Assembly: GCA_041665145.1 (NCBI GenBank)
Contig: JBAYJK010000001.1
Location: 421,629 to 485,628, forward strand
Length of the DNA: 64,000 bases
Direction of reading: 5' to 3'
Source of the DNA: Patescibacteria group bacterium
Lineage (GTDB): Bacteria; Patescibacteriota; Microgenomatia; UBA1406
Within the stretch, counting starts at the first letter, position 1. Every line of letters begins with the position of its first letter. Under the pieces are notes generated by a model that saw only the letters and a program-made list of their open reading frames with translations, did not search any database and was not told where the DNA came from. The position numbers and the translations under genes were made by a program. Below are positions 23,754 through 31,729 of this stretch, one piece after another.

Positions 23754-26678
23754 TTATTTTCCGTAATTTCCCAGCAACATTGTTAAATCTATCACATTAA
23801 CCTTTCCTGTGTCGTCTAAATTTGCAGTCACCTCCGTCGTTCCTAATTTAGAAAGCAGATATGAAAGATCCAATGCGCTGACCTTACCGGTACAATCGAT
23901 GTTTCCAAGAGGTTGGCAATGGACAGGAGCGGTAGTTACGGTTACTGGCCATGGAGTGTTGGTGGCCTGAGGAGCTATCCCACTTGTGGGTGCTTCAATT
24001 ACCGTGACCAAATTCTGAATATAATACAAGTCGCCGCGAGGAACGCTTGGAACATCGAGATATTGGTATAACTCTTCCCGATTAAGGTTGAAAATTTGCC
24101 GTTCAGTTTGGAATAGCGACCAGTAATCATACGGCGATTGCATCAGGCTTTCGCCGAACGTTTCTTCAAACCGCGAGACAAACCAGTAAGGGATGTTCTC
24201 TATATAATTTTTTCTGGCAGCTTCAATTTTCGTCAGGGCATTCTGCCGGAGATAACTTCCCAGTTCCGGAGTCATGTATATGAAGTTTCGTGACGAAGCA
24301 ATGCTGCGACCGGCATCATGCGAGTCTCCTCCCCAGGGCTGATCCTTTAAAAAAGCGCTGGCACGCAAGGCAAGTAATCTATTCAATTCATTACGATGTG
24401 TCGTGTTCTCTGTCTGAGTGGGATAGGCGATTTTTTGCAATCCGAGCAGTCCATAGTAACCCGCAATCCATGCATTATGAACCGGTGGGTTCTCGGCAAG
24501 ATACGCATTATTCGGAGCAGAACCGACATGCCCGCCGTTTATGAGTCCATCATAAATCTCTTTTGCTCCACCGAATGTTTGTGCATATTTCCATAGCTCA
24601 TAAAAAGTAAAGGGTGGGCGGTTTTCGTCACTGCTTTCACCATTTCCCCAGCCCTCAAAGTTGTAATTACGATAATTATTCGGTAAAGAAGTCATATATT
24701 GCACAACATCTGTTTGGGGTAAGATGAAATCTTCACGGGGCGCACCCTGTTTCCAACCATTGTGGTCGTATGTTAGTGGGGAATAGTTTTGCAGCTCAAG
24801 CGCAAGATACGACTTTACCTTTGTTTGCATGGTGGTGTCAAGATGAGGATAGGCAAGCGTCAGTGCATACAACGTATCAGCAGTGCTGTGCCAGTAGTCG
24901 GCCATCTTGTCGCCGCGCACCTGACCGAGCGCATACCCATTCAGTCCCATTTGGCCATATCCTGGACGCAAATGTGGTCCCGCATCAAGCATTTTCTGTA
25001 TTTCAGCGGTAAGCTTTGTTTTTAAAGCATTTACATCTACAGAAGATTGTGGGGTAGTGGCTTCAATCGACCCGATTCGCGTAAGCAGTTTTCTTCCGCC
25101 ACTTGCCGAAAAAGCTAAGATCGCGTTACTGCGATGAAAATAGAGTCTGCCAGAGTAGGGAACTGGAGCATTCTGATCACCATGATATCCGTACTCTCCA
25201 TTAACGTCTCCGAAAACTTTTACGGCGTTAGATTCGTGTGTACCGGTGCTGTGTGCATCATACCCGGGAGCAACTGTCGCAAGCTCCTGACCCTCGTTGT
25301 AATAGTTTATAGCGCTTTCTCCATTTCCCAATCTGTCGAAACTTCCTGCCTTACGATCACAGCATTTATTGAAATAAACTCGGTTGCCACCAATCGAATA
25401 ACTTTGCGGCTCGTCGATTGCGTCCACGCTGCTTGTCGGTATGGTGAGGTAGTTTGTTCCCAGCTTCCAACCGGCAATTTGGGACCACTCAAGCTGATAA
25501 TTATTAAACGTGTAAATTGTTCCATCGGGAGCAACGGCAGCAGGAGATCTGTTTCCCGAAGTTGTCCCGGTATTCATGAGCGGAGCGTATTCTGGTTTCC
25601 CGTTGCCATTGAAGTCATATGTCACTTCTTTTCCATCAGTCAAATTTATAAGGTGATAAGAACGCCGCGAGGGGTTACTTTCCAGGTAATTAAACGCCCG
25701 GCTGGCATTCATATTTCGACCAGTCATTGTGCCAAGCGGAGTCCCTAACGCGGTACCCTCTGGCCATAGACCGTGGTCACCCTTGTAAAAGTCTTCTCCC
25801 GTTGAGCCGGGGGGTCCGGGCATTTGGAGTGTTCGAATTCCTCTGCTGCTGGGGAAAATAATAACATTCCCGCTTATCGCACCCCACCAAGAATGAAAAC
25901 CGTCTGCTGCGGGAAGTTTTTCCGATTTCCACACAAGCGCTCCCGAATCTGCCCGCAATGCATACGCATACGCGTCGTTTGCAGCAAAGTACACGGTATT
26001 ATTCTTATATGTGGCGGAAAAATGAATCGGTCCTCCTGTTTTAAACTGCCATGCTAGTTTTCCACGCAATGCCTGGTCAGCATAATCATGTGCATAGAGT
26101 GCATACATCGTACCGTCGCGATTTCCGGCATACACGCGTTGATTAATGACCAATGGATTAGTGTCGAATCCTGCCCCTCCTTCAAATGTCCAAAAAAGCT
26201 TCGTATTCACTTTTACCTGATTACCCCGAGTGTCAGTGGCAGTAGGCAGTGTTGCGGTATCGGGGTTTGCATCTATTGCGTATAGCTTGCGGTCAAAAGC
26301 ACCAAAGTATGCAACCCCGTTAACAACTGTCGGAGAATTACCCAAGGGTAATTTTGTCGGGAAAATCCATTTAAGAGCGCCGGTTGTGGAGTCGAATGCA
26401 TACAAACCTTTGGCCGTTGGAACATAAATTATTCCTTGTACGGCAATTATTTGTGCTTTGTTGGGAATATGCGGGTCGATAATTCTGTACCACTCCGGAC
26501 TAAGCTGTCCGTCTATTTGCTCCGGCGTGTATGATGTCCGTTCTGGATTTGCTGCTGACATGTACCAATCAGTTTTGGTCTGCGCATGAGCATATGGGCC
26601 GAACCGGTAAAGCAGATAACCGGTAACGGCAACCATAAAACTCACTACAACAATAATAGATTTTTGTTTATTTCCCAT
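23754..26678 (-). CDS. Large extracellular protein: PQQ-like beta-propeller + helical C-terminal region + dockerin-like tail
   Basis: 974 aa with an N-terminal TM. It has repeated propeller blades (GIIYVPTAKGLYAFDSTTGALKWIF, VNGVAYFGAFDRKLYAIDAN, QRVYAGNRDGTMYAL...). The tail is CQPLGNIDCTGKVSALDLSYLLSKLGTTEVTANLDDTGKVNVIDLTMLLGNYGK. Confidence 0.6.
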   Translation of the reverse strand: MGNKQKSIIVVVSFMVAVTGYLLYRFGPYAHAQTKTDWYMSAANPERTSYTPEQIDGQLSPEWYRIIDPHIPNKAQIIAVQGIIYVPTAKGLYAFDSTTGALKWIFPTKLPLGNSPTVVNGVAYFGAFDRKLYAIDANPDTATLPTATDTRGNQVKVNTKLFWTFEGGAGFDTNPLVINQRVYAGNRDGTMYALYAHDYADQALRGKLAWQFKTGGPIHFSATYKNNTVYFAANDAYAYALRADSGALVWKSEKLPAADGFHSWWGAISGNVIIFPSSRGIRTLQMPGPPGSTGEDFYKGDHGLWPEGTALGTPLGTMTGRNMNASRAFNYLESNPSRRSYHLINLTDGKEVTYDFNGNGKPEYAPLMNTGTTSGNRSPAAVAPDGTIYTFNNYQLEWSQIAGWKLGTNYLTIPTSSVDAIDEPQSYSIGGNRVYFNKCCDRKAGSFDRLGNGESAINYYNEGQELATVAPGYDAHSTGTHESNAVKVFGDVNGEYGYHGDQNAPVPYSGRLYFHRSNAILAFSASGGRKLLTRIGSIEATTPQSSVDVNALKTKLTAEIQKMLDAGPHLRPGYGQMGLNGYALGQVRGDKMADYWHSTADTLYALTLAYPHLDTTMQTKVKSYLALELQNYSPLTYDHNGWKQGAPREDFILPQTDVVQYMTSLPNNYRNYNFEGWGNGESSDENRPPFTFYELWKYAQTFGGAKEIYDGLINGGHVGSAPNNAYLAENPPVHNAWIAGYYGLLGLQKIAYPTQTENTTHRNELNRLLALRASAFLKDQPWGGDSHDAGRSIASSRNFIYMTPELGSYLRQNALTKIEAARKNYIENIPYWFVSRFEETFGESLMQSPYDYWSLFQTERQIFNLNREELYQYLDVPSVPRGDLYYIQNLVTVIEAPTSGIAPQATNTPWPVTVTTAPVHCQPLGNIDCTGKVSALDLSYLLSKLGTTEVTANLDDTGKVNVIDLTMLLGNYGK

Positions 26679-29274
26679 AATTTCCCAACAATATAGTCAA
26701 ATCTAACGAATTTACCGTTCCCATATCATTAAGATTTGCTGCGTGGTCGTTTGATCCATACTTTGACACGAGATACGTTAAATCTAACGCACTTACTTTG
26801 CCGAGACAATCAATGTTTCCAAGGGGAGAGCAGTGCGATGGCGTTACGGTAGTGACCGGAATTGGGGTTGATGATGGCGTTGTGGTTGTTCTGTCAGGAT
26901 CATAGAACTTGTACGCAATGTCTTTTGCTGTGGAAACAGGGAAAATTAATTGTCCGTTTGTCACGGCAAATTTGGTCGGGCTTGTGGAATGGGTTCCTGA
27001 CCGTGTATCCCAAACTTCCTGAGTATAATTGCCGTTGGGTACCGAAATCGTGAGCGATCCTGCTGCTGCGGTATTATAATTCGGATTTTTCCATGTATTG
27101 TTTTTGTTATCCACCCATACAAGAACCCTTCCGGTTTTTGAGTCTCTTGCTCCAAACGCCCGAAGATTGGCATTGGAAGTTTGAATTATTCCAATTCCAT
27201 TTGTTGAATTGCCATCCGTACCTATATCGACATAGTTCCCGTTTGAGAGGTGTTCTCCGGCAATATACGATTCATAATTTTTGGAGTACTTAAAAACGCT
27301 ATTTGTAGATGTGGGAAAGTACTTGTTGTATTTTGTGTCGTTCGGGTCGAGTTGATCTGAGAATGTTTCCCATAACCTAGGGTACCATTCGCCGTCACAC
27401 GAAAATCCGAGTACTCCAATTTGCGCCCATATCTTTTTCAGGTAATATGTGCCGGTAGTCTCTTGAGGTATACCGTTTGTGACACCGTCTTTATCACCGA
27501 GTTGCGGTCCGGTACCTTCTTTGGCAACTCCGGTTTCACCTCTTATGACAGGTTTCGTAACACCGATATCCTGCGCATATTCCTTGAAGCGGGTATAACA
27601 TTGTCTCACATTTAGTACGGTGTCCTGCCATGTTGCGGATACTACGTCACAGGCTGCTGGGTTCGCCGCGCAATCAATTGTTCTCGTGTCAGCGTACCAA
27701 TGTTTGTCCGCATAATCCATATCGGGATCTGCCCAATAAGACATGGACAAACCGTTCCAATGCCAAAAGGAATTACTCATTAAAACGCGTCTCGGAGATA
27801 GTGTGTGAATGTAGTTTGCAAGATCAAGGGACATATCAAACCCATTTTGGCTTCCGACGTCGTTTTCGTTGGCAAGTTCTAGGGAATGCAGGGAAGTTGA
27901 ATACGCCCAGCGGGCAACAAAGTATCGTACATATGCCTTTTTAAGCCAGTAGGAAGCGGAATTTAACGGCGAATAGAAATTACTTAAATTCCATTTTCCC
28001 GTTGTGCCATCGGGTAAAATCTGATCGAAGATCATGTCGTTTTTGTGAAAGAGGGTCAGTTTGTTGTATATACCTTTTTCTTCCGATTTTCGCAGTACTT
28101 CATCCAGTTTGGCGGCAGCTATTTGATCTACGGTTTCAAACGTATTCGGATCACCCCGCTCGATAAGATTCGGTCCCCAAACTCCCGGAGAAATCTGCTG
28201 TCGGAGTTCAATCGATCCGAGAGAAATAGTTCCGCTTGTGTTGTTTCCGTCATCCTCACTAATACCGTCATGAAGATAAACAGTGAGTGCTGAATTATTC
28301 GACGTGTTGGTAATCGTCAGTGAGTAACTTTGCCACCCTCCATTGGCAGATATTGTCTGACTCACCTTATTCTGGTTGGAAAAATAAAGTTCAGGAATAA
28401 ATCGTTTTTGACCGTCTATTTTTGCCCGTACCTCCAGTTTGTATGTGGCGCCATCTTTTGCAGGTATGTTTTGACCGGTATAGTAATAAGGTTCGAAACT
28501 AAACAGTTTCCCTTTTGCCGTATCCGGATTTTCAACTGTCGCCCAGGTCGGTCCATAACCCCACGACATGCCAAGTTCATCACCAAACGGGACAATCACC
28601 CCATCTTCGCCTGTTGGAAACCAACGGATAAAACGGATACCGTTATTTCCCAAAGCATCTGCACGGGACCTGATCGTGTTTAAACTGGAACCGAAATTTG
28701 TTGTAATAAGCGGATATGCAAATGTTGTGCCGTCGGAGAATTCAAAAAAACGCGGGTCGGTTTTACTAACGGTAATAAACCCGTGCCCTGTGGGAGAAGT
28801 AGCGGTAAACGTAGATTGGTTGCTTTCGATTGAGCCCGAGCTATCTTGAACTCTCACTCTGTATGCCCACGTGCCTGTCTGATCTGGAGCAAATCTACAT
28901 CTCCACTCGGGAGAGCCAGTAGGGAGTAGTTTAGCGACATCCGATCCTTTGCGGACCTCTTCAACAGGTTGATAGTAGAAACAGGGAACGGTCTTGGGTG
29001 AGGCAGAAAGGGAAGTTCCGGGAGAGAGCATCATATCGACACTTACACCAGTTCCTCTACCACGAGAACTGGGTGCGTTTGTGTCATAAGGGAAAAATTT
29101 ATTTTGAGCGGTTGTTGATATATCAAATGATGCTTCGAATTTTCCGTATTTCGGAACAGTTGCAGATCCCACGCTCGTCGGTTGTCTTACAAAACTTGGA
29201 GCGGCATAAACATGATTTACCGGGAACAACGCTAAAAATACAAAAACCACCAAAGCGGCAAATTTTTTTATCAT
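26668..29274 (-). CDS. Putative glycoside hydrolase (clan GH-A-like TIM barrel, tentative) with dockerin-like tail
   Basis: 868 aa with a signal peptide and an N-terminal Ig-like region. It has an HSLELANEND (NE acid/base-like) motif. The tail is CSPLGNIDCLGKVSALDLTYLVSKYGSNDHAANLNDMGTVNSLDLTILLGNYGK. It overlaps the next gene by 11 nt. Confidence 0.5.
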   Translation of the reverse strand: MIKKFAALVVFVFLALFPVNHVYAAPSFVRQPTSVGSATVPKYGKFEASFDISTTAQNKFFPYDTNAPSSRGRGTGVSVDMMLSPGTSLSASPKTVPCFYYQPVEEVRKGSDVAKLLPTGSPEWRCRFAPDQTGTWAYRVRVQDSSGSIESNQSTFTATSPTGHGFITVSKTDPRFFEFSDGTTFAYPLITTNFGSSLNTIRSRADALGNNGIRFIRWFPTGEDGVIVPFGDELGMSWGYGPTWATVENPDTAKGKLFSFEPYYYTGQNIPAKDGATYKLEVRAKIDGQKRFIPELYFSNQNKVSQTISANGGWQSYSLTITNTSNNSALTVYLHDGISEDDGNNTSGTISLGSIELRQQISPGVWGPNLIERGDPNTFETVDQIAAAKLDEVLRKSEEKGIYNKLTLFHKNDMIFDQILPDGTTGKWNLSNFYSPLNSASYWLKKAYVRYFVARWAYSTSLHSLELANENDVGSQNGFDMSLDLANYIHTLSPRRVLMSNSFWHWNGLSMSYWADPDMDYADKHWYADTRTIDCAANPAACDVVSATWQDTVLNVRQCYTRFKEYAQDIGVTKPVIRGETGVAKEGTGPQLGDKDGVTNGIPQETTGTYYLKKIWAQIGVLGFSCDGEWYPRLWETFSDQLDPNDTKYNKYFPTSTNSVFKYSKNYESYIAGEHLSNGNYVDIGTDGNSTNGIGIIQTSNANLRAFGARDSKTGRVLVWVDNKNNTWKNPNYNTAAAGSLTISVPNGNYTQEVWDTRSGTHSTSPTKFAVTNGQLIFPVSTAKDIAYKFYDPDRTTTTPSSTPIPVTTVTPSHCSPLGNIDCLGKVSALDLTYLVSKYGSNDHAANLNDMGTVNSLDLTILLGNYGK

Positions 29275-29329
29275 GTTGTGATGTGTGTAACAGTATCATA
29301 CCGATTTTCAATTCTGAATCAAGAAGAAA

Positions 29330-29839
29330 TTAGGGTGTTTGTCCCTGCCGGGCATTCATCACATTTTGTGGGGCTAGATATGCAAACTCTTGCTGCATTC
29401 CCGGTGGCAGAAGACGATATGTCTCGTATGCGAGTTGCTGTTTCTGCATTAGTAATGCATCATCACTATTGTCTGAAATAAGACGGGCGATCTCAACTGC
29501 TAGATTACGAAGCTCGTCGCGAAGAATTGAACTGTATTTTGCTCCTCCAAAATCGGGTTGGTCAGTTAAAGTTATAACCCATCCACTCTCCACTGGTATT
29601 GCAACAAAGAAAGCCTTGTTTGAACGGGCGAGCGTTCGCACGTTTGGAGGAATGCGAAACATCTGAGCAAACTGGGCATCAGTAGCAATAAGTCGCACGT
29701 GTTGGGGAAGAAGGGAAAATTGTTCTCTGGTGGCAAGTAGCTGACGTATCCATTCTCGTCGAAGCGTCCATATATCTATCGTCTGTTCTGTACGACGCTC
29801 AGCGGTCTTGACCATTGGATGTATTGTAACAGAAATCAC
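29330..29839 (-). CDS. Hypothetical protein (169 aa from GTG 29839; more likely 161 aa from ATG 29815)
   Basis: The ORF shows no motif I recognise. ATG 29815 is preceded by an extended -10 at the leaderless spacing seen elsewhere in the window. Confidence 0.5.
   Translation of the reverse strand: MISVTIHPMVKTAERRTEQTIDIWTLRREWIRQLLATREQFSLLPQHVRLIATDAQFAQMFRIPPNVRTLARSNKAFFVAIPVESGWVITLTDQPDFGGAKYSSILRDELRNLAVEIARLISDNSDDALLMQKQQLAYETYRLLPPGMQQEFAYLAPQNVMNARQGQTP
29823..29831 (-). promoter_or_regulatory. Extended -10 (TGTTACAAT on minus strand) 7 nt before ATG 29815
   Basis: Minus strand reads TGTTACAAT-ACATCCA-ATG. No SD sequence is present. Confidence 0.4.
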
Positions 29840-29865
29840 AAAATGTGGGAAGGGGAAGTGTGGAT

Positions 29866-29899
29866 GGCCAGACCGCGTATCTCAATACGCGGTCTGGCC
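29866..29899. other. Perfect 15-bp-stem hairpin (GGCCAGACCGCGTAT-CTCA-ATACGCGGTCTGGCC)
   Basis: Read directly from the sequence. It is the longest perfect palindrome noticed in the window. It could be a terminator for minus-strand transcription or the terminal helix of the structured element. Confidence 0.7.
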
Positions 29900-30535
29900 T
29901 GAGAGACTAAGGGCTCTCACATCCCTGTCATGGTTGGCCCTTTCTTAAGGGGCCCGTCGGTAAAGGTCAATCGCCGCAAGACGTGAAGGAATTGGTCGTG
30001 AAACCAAAACTTAACACGGAGCTCACCTCCTTTCAACCTGTGCCGATCATGACATCTTGGGGGCATTTCAGCCCCCACGTTATTTGGCGGCACGTGGCCG
30101 CCACATCCAAAAAACAATGCAAAGAGTCAACGAGGGGACTCTTGTTCCCTTTGGCGTCCCTAAAGGACACGCCCGTTCACCCAGGTCTTACATGGCTATG
30201 AACTATTGAACATAGTTCCTCCTTTCTGTGGGTCCCGCAGATGCGGGACAGGCCATCCATTTCGCGCGGTTGGTACTCGCGTCACATTGAGGAACCGCGC
30301 GTTCCTCAACTCCATCCCGCCAATCGGCAGGAAGGTTAAGCCACCTCGCGGCAGCCAAGATACCGGGTGTTTGCGCACAAGAGTGCGTTTACTTCCTCTC
30401 CGCGAGCATGAGGAAGAACCCGACTCTGCGTTATGTGAGGGCACAGGCATTAGTGCCCGCACACCGCCAGAGTATGCGCATTGTAATACCGGTAGACTGT
30501 CAAATCAAGCGAAGTTACGCAGGGAGTAAGTAGCG
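29866..30535. ncRNA. Candidate large structured noncoding element, class unknown, strand unresolved
   Basis: ~700 bp with no credible ORF. At least nine stems of 6-15 perfect bp occur: 29866-29899, 29900-29919, 30059-30076, 30086-30102, 30200-30218, 30232-30249, 30264-30300 or 30289-30307, 30392-30416, 30435-30462. Hand-counted G+C is 32/60 (29941-30000) and 37/60 (30241-30300), versus 27/60 and 29/60 in flanking coding lines. Confidence 0.35.
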
Positions 30536-30543
30536 AGTATGTA

Positions 30544-31563
30544 TTATGCGTTCGATTTTTCGCGATACCGGAGTATTTCCTGGAAGAAAATTGTTGCAGC
30601 TGCGACGAACGGAATAGCCAAAAGTACTCCTGAAAATCCGGCAAGTTTTCCTCCAACAATCAGAGAGATGAGAACAGCAAGGGGCGGGATACCGACTGCC
30701 TGCTTCATAACAAAGGGGACGATGAGATTGTTCTCTAGCTGTTGAATAATGGTCTGCATGACGATTGTCATGAGAGCTAAGGGAAGCGAAACGGAAATTG
30801 CCACGAAGAACACAGGTATGAGGGAGAGTATAGGCCCGATTATGGGGAATACCTCAAAAATTCCTGCAATGAATGCCAGTGGAAGCGCGTAGGGAACCTG
30901 TAAAATTAGCAATCCGATATAGGTCATCGCGCCGATCGTTATCATAAGTACTAATTCGCCGCGAACCCAAGAACCGAGTTTCTTTTCAAGCTGTGCTAGC
31001 GTATCTTTAGCGCTTATCGCCTGTTGTTTACTCAGAAACCGATCAAAAAACAACGGAACCTGTTTTATCCCTGTCAGGAAATACAACGTAAAGAAAAATA
31101 CCGTTACTACATTTACTGTATTCAAGAGCACCGAAAAAACGGCTTGTGTGATTGTTGTCGTAACATTCGGTATGTATTGTGTCAAAGACTGTAGGGGGAT
31201 CAATTCCTGTAAATGCAATTGGGTGTTGAATTGTTGCAGTAAGCGCGGACCCTCCTGTGCTATGTATATGATGAAACCGGTCATCTCACGAACGAGAGGC
31301 GGAATGGTGTACGTTAAGATGCCGACCAGCACACTGATGGTGATCACAATAACCAGAAGCGCGGCTATTACCCGGGGAAGTTTCAACCGTTCCAATAAGT
31401 CTACCGACGGCTTTAGGGCAGACATGAAAATAAAGGACAAAAAGAGGTTTATGAAAAGCTCTTGCAATTGGAAAAGCAGGTACAACAGTATGACAAATCC
31501 GATGGTGAAAACTATGGTTTTTGCACTGATTTCAACGTGTACGCGCGGTGATTGGTCTTTCAT
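30544..31563 (-). CDS. AI-2E family transporter (PerM/YhhT, UPF0118)
   Basis: 339 aa polytopic protein. The C-terminal pattern GIFEVFPIIGPILSLIPV...IIQQLENNLIVPFVMKQAVGIPPLAVLISLIVGGKLAGFSGVLLAIP is typical of the family. Confidence 0.85.
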   Translation of the reverse strand: MKDQSPRVHVEISAKTIVFTIGFVILLYLLFQLQELFINLFLSFIFMSALKPSVDLLERLKLPRVIAALLVIVITISVLVGILTYTIPPLVREMTGFIIYIAQEGPRLLQQFNTQLHLQELIPLQSLTQYIPNVTTTITQAVFSVLLNTVNVVTVFFFTLYFLTGIKQVPLFFDRFLSKQQAISAKDTLAQLEKKLGSWVRGELVLMITIGAMTYIGLLILQVPYALPLAFIAGIFEVFPIIGPILSLIPVFFVAISVSLPLALMTIVMQTIIQQLENNLIVPFVMKQAVGIPPLAVLISLIVGGKLAGFSGVLLAIPFVAAATIFFQEILRYREKSNA

Positions 31564-31570
31564 TGAAATA

Positions 31571-31579
31571 AGTATATCA
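31571..31579 (-). promoter_or_regulatory. Extended -10 (TGATATACT on minus strand) 7 nt before ATG 31563
   Basis: Minus strand reads TGATATACT-TATTTCA-ATG. No SD sequence is present. Confidence 0.45.
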
Positions 31580-31729
31580 AATTATGAGAAATGCTCGCTT
31601 CGTTGTTTCTTGGCCTCCGTGAAGATTCATGATCGATCATGTTCTAGTAGAATCTCCAAGTCGGCAGAAACAAGTAGCTCGCATTTCTCAGTTTTGCATC
31701 ACGCCTTGATCTTTTGACTCATATTTCAT

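Noticed and set aside
29917-30529. Short ORFs (66-107 aa) on both strands within the hairpin-rich gap
   Set aside because: They overlap one another, have Arg/Cys/Pro-rich compositions, lack start contexts, and their boundaries are set by hairpin arms. They are more consistent with noncoding structured sequence.
29866-30535. Assignment of the structured region to RNase P RNA, tmRNA, SRP RNA or a group II intron
   Set aside because: The hallmark sequences are missing:
- RNase P RNA: no GGAAAGTCC-type P4 sequence.
- tmRNA: no TPsiC-arm plus ACCA end and no plausible tag-peptide frame.
- SRP RNA: no GGAA/AGCA helix-8 motif.
- Group II intron: GTGCG and GTGTG pentamers occur, but there is no bulged 34-nt domain V with an AGC triad, no RT ORF and no interrupted host gene.

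The region is therefore left unclassified.
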